A stretch of 36,077 nucleotides of DNA. Origin: a candidate division TA06 bacterium. GTDB lineage: Bacteria; Hydrothermota; 32-111; QNBC01. The notes under the pieces were generated by a model, which did not search any database, was not told the DNA's origin, and saw only the letters and a program-made list of their open reading frames with translations. Numbering within the stretch: the first letter of the stretch is position 1; each line of letters opens with the position of its first letter. The stretch lies in the NCBI GenBank assembly GCA_003641665.1, contig QNBC01000002.1, positions 1 through 36,077 on the forward strand, in the 5' to 3' direction. The translations under genes were made by a program, and so were the position numbers. Of the stretch, positions 1-7,606 are shown in pieces.

Positions 1-116
1 CATATGATAGAAAATAATGTAAAAAACAACCATCTCCAGATATATCCTCTTTAAAATTAAGCCATTTCTAATACAATTTAATCAGGAAACGGTTTATTGT
101 TTTGTAATGATAAACA

Positions 117-854
117 CTATCTCTTTGATTCCAAAACCGCTATATTTTCCAGATGGAATGTTTGCGGGAACATATCAAATGGTTGAATAGCTCTGCATTT
201 ATAATTTCCAATAGAAATAAATCTATCCAAATCTCTCACTAACGTTTGCGGGTTACATGATATATAAACTATCCTTTCCGGTCTTCTTCTGATTATTTCT
301 CTTATTACCCCTTCGGTAAGCCCCTTTTTCGGTGGATCAATTATAACTCTGTTAAATTTTATTTTCCTATTCTTTGCTAATACCTCTTCAATGTCTCCCT
401 GATAAGGTCTTATATTCTCTATCCCCTTTTTCTGCATATTCATTCCAAGCGACACTACCGACATAGGCTCATATTCCACAGCATAAACCCTCTTTACTCT
501 TTTTGCAATTATCATCGAAAGAATTCCTACTCCACTATAACCGTCCAAAACTACCGAATTTTTATCGGGTTCAATATATTCCATTGCTTTTTCATATAAT
601 TTCTCTGCCATTTCATCGTTCACTTGTAAAAAACTCCAGGGATACACTTCGAAAATATCATTAAAATATTTCACCCTTAGATATTTCTCTCCCATGTAAT
701 AAATAAATTGATCACCCATTATTTTGTTACTCTTATTTTCTTTTACACTTTGATATACACCGATTATGTTCTTTAATTCTTCCACCACTGGAAATTCCTT
801 TAACAATTTATCGGTAATAATAATGATATATACACCTTCTGTATCCTTTCGCAA
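117..854 (-). CDS. rlmD: RlmD/RumA-family 23S rRNA (uracil-5-)-methyltransferase, C-terminal SAM-methyltransferase part. It continues the frame of 906..1406 after an in-frame TAA.
   Basis: Motifs present: VLDGYSGVGILS (SAM-binding G-x-G), IIDPPKKG, the catalytic-Cys box YISCNPQTLVRDL, and C-terminal DMFPQTFHLE. The same frame stays open and family-like (IAARGGLSKHIKHIVLRK) from 854 up to the TAA at 906-908. The TTG at 854 is only the ORF caller's start. Confidence 0.8.
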   Translation of the reverse strand: MRKDTEGVYIIIITDKLLKEFPVVEELKNIIGVYQSVKENKSNKIMGDQFIYYMGEKYLRVKYFNDIFEVYPWSFLQVNDEMAEKLYEKAMEYIEPDKNSVVLDGYSGVGILSMIIAKRVKRVYAVEYEPMSVVSLGMNMQKKGIENIRPYQGDIEEVLAKNRKIKFNRVIIDPPKKGLTEGVIREIIRRRPERIVYISCNPQTLVRDLDRFISIGNYKCRAIQPFDMFPQTFHLENIAVLESKR

Positions 855-905
855 AACAATGTGTTTAATGTGTTTTGATAGCCCACCTCTTGCGGCAATT
901 TTATT

Positions 906-1406
906 TTAAATTTCGATGTTCTTGCTTATTATATCTTCTTGAATCAGGCATCCATTCATTAGCCTCACAATTTTATGACTATTCATAGAATAAAAACCGA
1001 TTTTTTCATTTTTAACAGGTAACTGTGCTTTGTTTCTGTATCTAAAAATATTATCGGGGCGGATTATTGGATATACTTTGATATTTTTGTTTGTTTTATA
1101 TCTTTCTAATGCTTCTTTTACAAAACTCTCTTTAATCGCAAGTTGAGTTTCATAAGATATGTTTTGTAAATGACATCCGCCGCATTTTTCAAAGTAGGGG
1201 CATTGTGCTTTTATTCTGCTTTCCGATTCTTTTAATATTTGCGCAATTCTCCCGGAATAGTAATTCCTCTTCTTTTCTACAATCTCGACTTCAGCCAAAT
1301 CTCCGGGAACTCCCCACCGAGTAAAAATCGCTATGCCCTCATTTTTGCCAATGGAATAACCGTTGTAAATAATTTTGTCTATCTTAAGCTCAATGATCTT
1401 TTCCAC
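906..1406 (-). CDS. rlmD: RlmD/RumA-family methyltransferase, N-terminal TRAM plus Fe-S cluster part, ending at a premature in-frame TAA.
   Basis: A TRAM-like N-terminus (GYSIGKNEGIAIFTRWGVPGDLAEVEI) is followed by the cluster cysteines CPYFEKCGGCHLQ and a later GCLIQ, as in RumA. The stop at 906-908 is in the same frame as the 117..854 ORF (1406-854 = 552, divisible by 3). Confidence 0.8.
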   Translation of the reverse strand: MEKIIELKIDKIIYNGYSIGKNEGIAIFTRWGVPGDLAEVEIVEKKRNYYSGRIAQILKESESRIKAQCPYFEKCGGCHLQNISYETQLAIKESFVKEALERYKTNKNIKVYPIIRPDNIFRYRNKAQLPVKNEKIGFYSMNSHKIVRLMNGCLIQEDIISKNIEI

Positions 1407-1409
1407 CGA

Positions 1410-1910
1410 TTACCAATAACTGAATATTTTTTCGATTATATCATCGGACACTTTTTTCGAAACATCCTCTTTTGCCTTTTCCAGGTCAAATGTAGTTGCA
1501 TCTTCAGTGATCCAATCTGATATTTCTCCATTATAAATCGCTTTCTTTAACCCCTTACCTTCAATCAAAACAGAAACAGTTAAAGAAATCTTGTAGCTTT
1601 TCACATTCTGCGTAGCATCATAATCGTAAGCTTCTTTCTTAAATGTTTTCACGGTTGATGAAATGGTAATATCTCCACCACTATTGACCAATGATAGTCT
1701 TCCGTCTTTAACGAATCCGGACTTAAGAGCGCTTTCAACAATAGATTCAAGTCCGTACTGGAGGGTATTATTCTTTACCGGTTTAATTACAATTGTTTTC
1801 AGATTTGTTAAAGATCCGCTTTGGAATGTATAATAGATACATCCCTGAGATATGCCAATAAAAATCAATACAAACAGTATTATATTAATTCTTAGGGTTT
1901 TTGAATACAT
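1410..1910 (-). CDS. Small lipoprotein, LptE-like (possible LPS-assembly lipoprotein).
   Basis: It has a signal peptide with a lipobox (LIFIGISQG/C) and a mature protein of about 145 aa with alternating beta-type pattern. Size and layout resemble LptE. The call is by eye only. Confidence 0.45.
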   Translation of the reverse strand: MYSKTLRINIILFVLIFIGISQGCIYYTFQSGSLTNLKTIVIKPVKNNTLQYGLESIVESALKSGFVKDGRLSLVNSGGDITISSTVKTFKKEAYDYDATQNVKSYKISLTVSVLIEGKGLKKAIYNGEISDWITEDATTFDLEKAKEDVSKKVSDDIIEKIFSYW

Positions 1911-3627
1911 ATCTCTTTATCTTCTTTGTCGTTGTTTTTTCAAATTCCTTAAGTTGTAATGAAACTGTTTTTACTTTCTTATAAGTTGCAAGATTATTGG
2001 TTAACTTCTTTACCTCTTCCCTAATTATTTTCCCTATTTCGTCCATAGCGTCATTCGCTATTTCCTTACCATCTTTACCGGCATAAAACGGTATTTGCTC
2101 GAGATCGGGATGAATAACGGCATGAACCTCTTCACGTCCTGTTCGCTCGTTGATTTTCGACATAACCACAACCTCTTTAATAAAAGGACTCTTTAAAAGT
2201 TCATTTTCGATCTCTTCGGGATAGACATTTTTTCCGGCTTCGGTTACAATTACGTTCTTTTGTCTTCCTTTTATATAAAAATAACCGTCATCATCTACAA
2301 AGCCAATGTCCCCTGTGTATAACCAACCATCTTTTAGAATTTTTGCCGTTTCATTCTCATCCTCATAATACCCCATCATAACATTCGGTCCTTTCACAAG
2401 AATCTCACCTACTCCGTCGCTATTAGGGTTGTTGATTTTCATTTCTATACCGGGTAAAGCAGGACCAATAGATCTGTTCTTAGGATTATCCAACGGATTA
2501 ACATTTGTTACCGGAGAAGCTTCCGATAGCCCGTATCCTTGTAATATGGGAAATCCGAATCTTTCAAAAACATCTGCAACCCACGGTTTTAATGCTGCTC
2601 CGCCTGATATCATAATCCGTAATGTGCTCAAACCGGATTTTTCTCTCAGACCGGCAAACACTGTTCCGCCGAAATTTATACCGACTGTATTCTTGAAAAA
2701 TCCCACAGTTCCGAATGCAGGTTTCAAAATAGCTTTTACTCCCATAGGTTGGTTATCAAGAGCTTTCAGTATGCCCAATGCTATTTTTTCAAAAAGAAGT
2801 GGGACACCAAGCATAATTGTAGCTTTAGAATCCTTTATGTCTTCTATAATTTCGTTAGGACGATAGCTTCTTGCGTAAGTAATTGTTGCTCCTTTATACA
2901 TCGCACCAATAAAAGATACGGTGGCTTCAAAAACATGGTGAAGAGGTAAAATGGATATAAATATATCATCATTCGAAAACTTCACAACCTCACTTGCAGA
3001 AATGATATCGAAAACCACATTCTTATTGCTTAACATCACACCTTTTGACTTTCCCGTTGTCCCGGAAGTGAAAAGAATTACCATTAAATCATCGACATCT
3101 ATAGGTATTTTGCTTAAATCAATATCTAATTTATTTCCTTCTTCCATCAAAGTGTGAATATCGATCTCCTCACTCTCGTCCATTGATATTACTCTCTCGA
3201 GAGTTTTCAATTTATCTTTGATGCCATTCATCATAAAGATGTAATTTTCCGAACAGATAACCATTTTTACCTTTGCTTTTTCAATGATGTTGTAAAGTTC
3301 TCCCTCTTTTAACAATGGATCGAGAGGAACAACAACCGCACCTGTCAAGTGAATTGCGATATAACTAATTGCCCATTCCGGACGATTTTTTGATATGACA
3401 CTTATCTTGTCGCCTTTCTTAACCCCTAATTTGACAAGCATCTTTGCAAGATTCGAAGCATTTTCATAGAGCTGATTATAAGATGTGCGCTCAAATTTGC
3501 CGCTTCTCCTAATCTGAAGGGCGGTTTTATCACCATACATTTTTACGCTATCCAGTAAAATTTCTCTGAAAGGTTTAACTTTTCTCAACAAGTCGTCTCT
3601 TTTACTACCACTCACAAAACACCTCAC
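1885..3627 (-). CDS. Long-chain acyl-CoA synthetase (AMP-forming), paralog 2.
   Basis: It has the AMP-binding signature ILFTSGTTGKSKGV, plus GYGLSEASP, YTGDIG and EAGKNVYPEEIE, and is about 50% identical by eye to the upstream paralog. The true start is probably the GTG at 3615, which follows a GAGGTG Shine-Dalgarno sequence, rather than 3627. Confidence 0.85.
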   Translation of the reverse strand: MRCFVSGSKRDDLLRKVKPFREILLDSVKMYGDKTALQIRRSGKFERTSYNQLYENASNLAKMLVKLGVKKGDKISVISKNRPEWAISYIAIHLTGAVVVPLDPLLKEGELYNIIEKAKVKMVICSENYIFMMNGIKDKLKTLERVISMDESEEIDIHTLMEEGNKLDIDLSKIPIDVDDLMVILFTSGTTGKSKGVMLSNKNVVFDIISASEVVKFSNDDIFISILPLHHVFEATVSFIGAMYKGATITYARSYRPNEIIEDIKDSKATIMLGVPLLFEKIALGILKALDNQPMGVKAILKPAFGTVGFFKNTVGINFGGTVFAGLREKSGLSTLRIMISGGAALKPWVADVFERFGFPILQGYGLSEASPVTNVNPLDNPKNRSIGPALPGIEMKINNPNSDGVGEILVKGPNVMMGYYEDENETAKILKDGWLYTGDIGFVDDDGYFYIKGRQKNVIVTEAGKNVYPEEIENELLKSPFIKEVVVMSKINERTGREEVHAVIHPDLEQIPFYAGKDGKEIANDAMDEIGKIIREEVKKLTNNLATYKKVKTVSLQLKEFEKTTTKKIKRYVFKNPKN

Positions 3628-5345
3628 TACTTTTTATTTACAATGTACCTTTTAATCTTCCTTGACGTTGTTTTCTCAAACTCTTCGAGTCTTAATTGTA
3701 TCGATTTCACCCTTTTATACGACGCAAGATTATTGGTAAGCCTCGTGACTTCTTCCTTGATAATTTTATTTATCTCTTTCAGAGTTTCCCCCGTAATTTC
3801 CTTCCCTTTATTTCCTTCATAAAATTCTATATTTTCAATATTCGGATAAACTATCGCTTTTACCTCTTCTCTCCCGGTCTTTTCGTTCTTATAACCCGTT
3901 ACAACTACTTCTTTAATATAGGGACTTTTCAGCAGTTCATACTCAATTTCTTCGGGGTAGATGTTCTTCCCTGCTTCCGTTACAATAACATTTTTCTGCC
4001 TTCCAACAATATAAAGGTATCCTTTCTTATCAAAATATCCCATATCTCCGGTATAGAACCAACCGTCTTTCAATACCCTATTTGTCATTTCTTCATCGTT
4101 ATAATAACCTTTCATCACAATGGGACCTTTAATACAAATTTCCCCGACACCTTCCTGATTAGCTCCGACAATTTTTTCTTCAATACCTACGATAGGTTGC
4201 CCCACAGAAGATATATTTCCTTCTTCCATTGTATTTAGATTGGCTATTGGAGACGTTTCGGTAAGACCGTATCCCTGTATCATATTGAAACCTAACATCC
4301 TGAAGCCTTCCGCAATATCGGGCCTCAATGCCGCTCCGCCGGAAATAAGAACTCTAAGGGAATTAAGGCCTGCCTTTTCTCTCAAGCTTTTAAATAGGAC
4401 TTTCCCGGAATTTCTTCCGGTCAATTTCCCAATAGCCGATGATATTCCCATGGTCGAATAGAGAAATGCCTTAACCCCCAGGGGTTGTTTCTTTACCCCG
4501 TTCATTATACCGTTATATATTTTTTCGAATAAAAGAGGGACACCGAGCATAACAGTTATACCTGCATCTTTGATATCTTCGATTATCTCATTCGGACGAA
4601 GACTTCTCGCATATGTTATTTTTGCTCCGCAGATCAGAGGAACAATGAACCCTGAGGTAGCCTCGAATGTATGATGAAGTGGTAATATGGAAATAAACGC
4701 GTCACTGGCATAGATGTGCAAACGTCGAATCGCCGCAAGACTATCGTAAACCACATTTCTGTTTGTCAATATTACGCCCTTTGACTTTCCCGTCGTTCCA
4801 GATGTGAATAGAATTGCCAAATCATCATCATTTCTAACGGGGATCTTCCATATATCAATTCTTGATCTTTTGCCTATACCGATTAATTCATCGAGGTTTT
4901 GAACCCCTTCGTCTGCGTCCATTGAAATTATTTCGAGGTCGAGTTTCTGGTTAATTTTAAGCCCGTTCAGCATAAAGAAATGATCCGTTGCGGTAATAAT
5001 TCTCTTTAAACCGGAAACTTTTATAATATTCAAAACCTCTTTTTCTTTTAATTTGGAATCGATAGGAATGACAACGCCACCTGCCGTATGTATCGAAAGG
5101 TAGCTTATCGCCCATTCCGGTCTGTTAGGTCCTATGAGCCCAACCTTTTCACCTTTTTTTATACCTGTTTTTACAAGGCTCTTTGCCAAAGCATTGACTT
5201 TTCCCCACATTTCCTCGTAAGTAATATTGGAAAATGCTTTACCTTTTCTTACCTGAAGAGCAATGTTGTCTTTATGCTCATCGACAGATTTTTTTATTAC
5301 TTCTCTTAATGGTAATACATCCCTTTCAAGAATCGGATTCTCCAT
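3627..5345 (-). CDS. Long-chain acyl-CoA synthetase (AMP-forming), paralog 1.
   Basis: It has ILFTSGTTGKSKGV, GYGLTETSP, YTGDMG and EAGKNIYPEEIE. Its length of 572 aa is typical of the FadD-like long form. Confidence 0.85.
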   Translation of the reverse strand: MENPILERDVLPLREVIKKSVDEHKDNIALQVRKGKAFSNITYEEMWGKVNALAKSLVKTGIKKGEKVGLIGPNRPEWAISYLSIHTAGGVVIPIDSKLKEKEVLNIIKVSGLKRIITATDHFFMLNGLKINQKLDLEIISMDADEGVQNLDELIGIGKRSRIDIWKIPVRNDDDLAILFTSGTTGKSKGVILTNRNVVYDSLAAIRRLHIYASDAFISILPLHHTFEATSGFIVPLICGAKITYARSLRPNEIIEDIKDAGITVMLGVPLLFEKIYNGIMNGVKKQPLGVKAFLYSTMGISSAIGKLTGRNSGKVLFKSLREKAGLNSLRVLISGGAALRPDIAEGFRMLGFNMIQGYGLTETSPIANLNTMEEGNISSVGQPIVGIEEKIVGANQEGVGEICIKGPIVMKGYYNDEEMTNRVLKDGWFYTGDMGYFDKKGYLYIVGRQKNVIVTEAGKNIYPEEIEYELLKSPYIKEVVVTGYKNEKTGREEVKAIVYPNIENIEFYEGNKGKEITGETLKEINKIIKEEVTRLTNNLASYKRVKSIQLRLEEFEKTTSRKIKRYIVNKK

Positions 5346-5346
5346 T

Positions 5347-6531
5347 TTAAACCTCCATTCGGTTTATATAAATTTTTATATCATTTTCACTTTTTAATTT
5401 CCCCTCCAAATACATATTTGCAATTTTATTTATAGTTTCTACATAACGATATTTTGGTAACTTCGGTTTAAACTTTTTAATGATACCACCAACTTTCATA
5501 CGATCGAATTTTCTTATTTTTTTTAATATATTAATCGATGTAATCCCGCTTTTTCCCTTGAATAGTAAATATAGCAAAAGAGCTGTGTCCCCGAATCTTT
5601 TGTATACATTAAAAAGTCCCTCTTCATTCAACTTTGACATCCTGTTCAACCGGTCCCATTCCCTTGGATAAGCTCTTTTTACATTCGAATCATCAATACA
5701 ACTCATAATAAAATAATCTCTGTTAAATTGCGGTATATTATTTTCATTCAAATAGGGATAAATATGAGTAAATTTTTTACTTGAACACTTAAATAACCCT
5801 ATTTTCTCAATCAGTAAGCTGATATTTTCAAAACTTCTTTCCATAAAAATCAAATCCAACTCCCTCTTTAACCGACTTGCGCTTATAGTGGAAAGAGAAT
5901 CTTTTTTTAATGCAGTATTATAGCACCTTACGGTTTTCTTGTCTATATTAAATAAATACTTGCCGGCAAAACGTACTCCCCTAACCATTCTAGTGGGATC
6001 ATCAATAAAACTTTTTTCATATGTTATCCGTAATATTCCGGATAAAATATCCTCTACCCCACCTAAGGGATCAATGATTTTACTGTTTTTAATATCCCAA
6101 ACAATTGCATTAATCGTAAAATCTCTCCTTTTAAAATCCCTTTCCAACGGGCAATATTTAACAACAGGTAATACCCCCGGTTTAGGGTATTTTTCACATC
6201 TTGTTGTTGCAAAATCGAACGTTCTTCCCTTTAATTCAAGTGTTCCGGTCATAAATCGAGTGTTATATCTATAGCTACCTTGAATATTCGTTGCAATTTC
6301 TCGGAGCAAATCGAGTAGATTTCCATCATAAAGGAAATCTACATCTCGTGTCTCTTTATTTAACAAAATATCTCTTATAAATCCCCCTACAATATATATA
6401 TTATCTTTTTCGGTAATCGTTTCTATTATTTCTTTTAATAAATTGTCTCTTTTAAGACGATTTTTTATATTTTTTGCTAAATTAATATGTATATTCCGGT
6501 TCTTTTTCAATTTCCACCTCATCAATGTCAT
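5347..6531 (-). CDS. cca: Class II tRNA nucleotidyltransferase (CCA-adding) / poly(A) polymerase family protein.
   Basis: The head-domain motif is present (IVGGFIRDILLNKETRDVDF, then RRDFTINA), together with a PcnB-type body. The 5' end overlaps the upstream CDF gene by 41-50 nt, depending on which start is used. Confidence 0.7.
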   Translation of the reverse strand: MTLMRWKLKKNRNIHINLAKNIKNRLKRDNLLKEIIETITEKDNIYIVGGFIRDILLNKETRDVDFLYDGNLLDLLREIATNIQGSYRYNTRFMTGTLELKGRTFDFATTRCEKYPKPGVLPVVKYCPLERDFKRRDFTINAIVWDIKNSKIIDPLGGVEDILSGILRITYEKSFIDDPTRMVRGVRFAGKYLFNIDKKTVRCYNTALKKDSLSTISASRLKRELDLIFMERSFENISLLIEKIGLFKCSSKKFTHIYPYLNENNIPQFNRDYFIMSCIDDSNVKRAYPREWDRLNRMSKLNEEGLFNVYKRFGDTALLLYLLFKGKSGITSINILKKIRKFDRMKVGGIIKKFKPKLPKYRYVETINKIANMYLEGKLKSENDIKIYINRMEV

Positions 6532-7606
6532 TAAATCGCTTTATAATCTCATCTTTCAGATTATTCGAATTTGCAATACTGCTTTTTTCATCTTTATATT
6601 TTGCCTCAAAGTATAATTTTATAATTCCTCGATGTTTCACTATGTGAATATCATGAAGTTCTTCAATTTCATCATTATTTTCCGAAACAGAATCCAAAAA
6701 TGCCTTAATCTTTCGGTACAGTTCATCGTTTTCATCAACGGGATCTATGTGTATAGATATATTAATATTTAATTCCTCTTTAATTTTATTCTCAATTCTA
6801 TCTACGATTTCATGAGCTGCTTTCAAAGACATGGATTCAGGCATTACAACATGGGCACTTCCCACTCTAAAATTTCCGTAACTGTTCAAAACAATGTCAT
6901 GCACTCCCTTAATATTATCAAATTCATTAACAATCCCTCTTATCTTTTGTACCGTTTCGCGGGCAGGTGCTTTTCCTATGAGATCGCTAAAAGCTTTCAT
7001 TAAAATTTTAATTCCGATAAATATTATAAAGGCCGATATAAATACTCCCATTACCCCGTCAATCCAGTAAATTTTGTAATAGGATGCGATTATTGATATA
7101 AGAACAAGGACGGAAGAAATAGAATCACTTCTATGGTGCCATGCATCCGCTTTTAATGTATCAGAGCCTATAATTCCTTCGAGATGGAAAGAGTATCTTG
7201 CCATAGCCTCCTTAAAGATTATTGTTAATATTATGATAATAAGTAACAGTATGTTGGATTTTACAATATTGGGATTAATTATTTTATAAATACCTGCTCT
7301 TGCGAATTCCACTCCTATTACTATTAATAAAACGGCAACAATCAATGTAGCAATGCTCTCCGCTCTTTGGTGTCCAAACGGATGTTCTTTATCAGGCGGT
7401 TTTGCACTGATTTTGAAACCAATAATCACAACAACGGAAGTAATTATATCGGAAAGAGAGTGAACGGAATCGACAATTAAAGCATAACTATGAGAAATCA
7501 AACCGAAAATGAGTTTAACGATAAATAAAATGAAATTTCCAATTGTAGAAACGTATCCTTCCCTGATGCCTATTTTTGCCCTTTCGAGTTCTGTATATTC
7601 TCTCAT
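6482..7606 (-). CDS. Cation diffusion facilitator (CDF) metal efflux transporter with an extra C-terminal domain.
   Basis: Six hydrophobic segments carry the CDF metal-site motifs (HSYALIVDSVHSLSD in TM2, DAWHHRSDSISS in TM5). The cytoplasmic alpha/beta domain appears twice. Confidence 0.85.
   Translation of the reverse strand: MREYTELERAKIGIREGYVSTIGNFILFIVKLIFGLISHSYALIVDSVHSLSDIITSVVVIIGFKISAKPPDKEHPFGHQRAESIATLIVAVLLIVIGVEFARAGIYKIINPNIVKSNILLLIIIILTIIFKEAMARYSFHLEGIIGSDTLKADAWHHRSDSISSVLVLISIIASYYKIYWIDGVMGVFISAFIIFIGIKILMKAFSDLIGKAPARETVQKIRGIVNEFDNIKGVHDIVLNSYGNFRVGSAHVVMPESMSLKAAHEIVDRIENKIKEELNINISIHIDPVDENDELYRKIKAFLDSVSENNDEIEELHDIHIVKHRGIIKLYFEAKYKDEKSSIANSNNLKDEIIKRFNDIDEVEIEKEPEYTY

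Noticed and set aside
1-116. A possible partial gene at the left edge: a minus-strand ATG at 33-31 running off the window.
   Set aside because: Only 11 codons are visible, the GGAG sequence directly abuts the ATG with no spacing, and there is no recognisable sequence. The call is not supportable.
906-908. The possibility that the in-frame TAA in rlmD reflects stop-codon reassignment.
   Set aside because: TAA clearly terminates other full-length genes in this window (for example at 1410-1412, 1885-1887, 20061-20063, 31285-31287 and 33997-33999). No other gene shows an internal TAA.
2429-4461. Long ORFs antisense to the acyl-CoA synthetase genes (2429..2866, 2749..2949, 2951..3157, 3696..4238, 4240..4461). 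Similar shadow ORFs lie opposite other large genes (for example 8407..8802, 11448..11834, 12274..12744, 15277..15567, 17175..17632, 18359..18808, 32490..32765, 33400..33714).
   Set aside because: Each lies fully inside a well-supported gene on the other strand. They have no recognisable motifs, have low-complexity composition, and lack their own promoter or Shine-Dalgarno sequence. They are typical frame shadows of AT-rich coding DNA.
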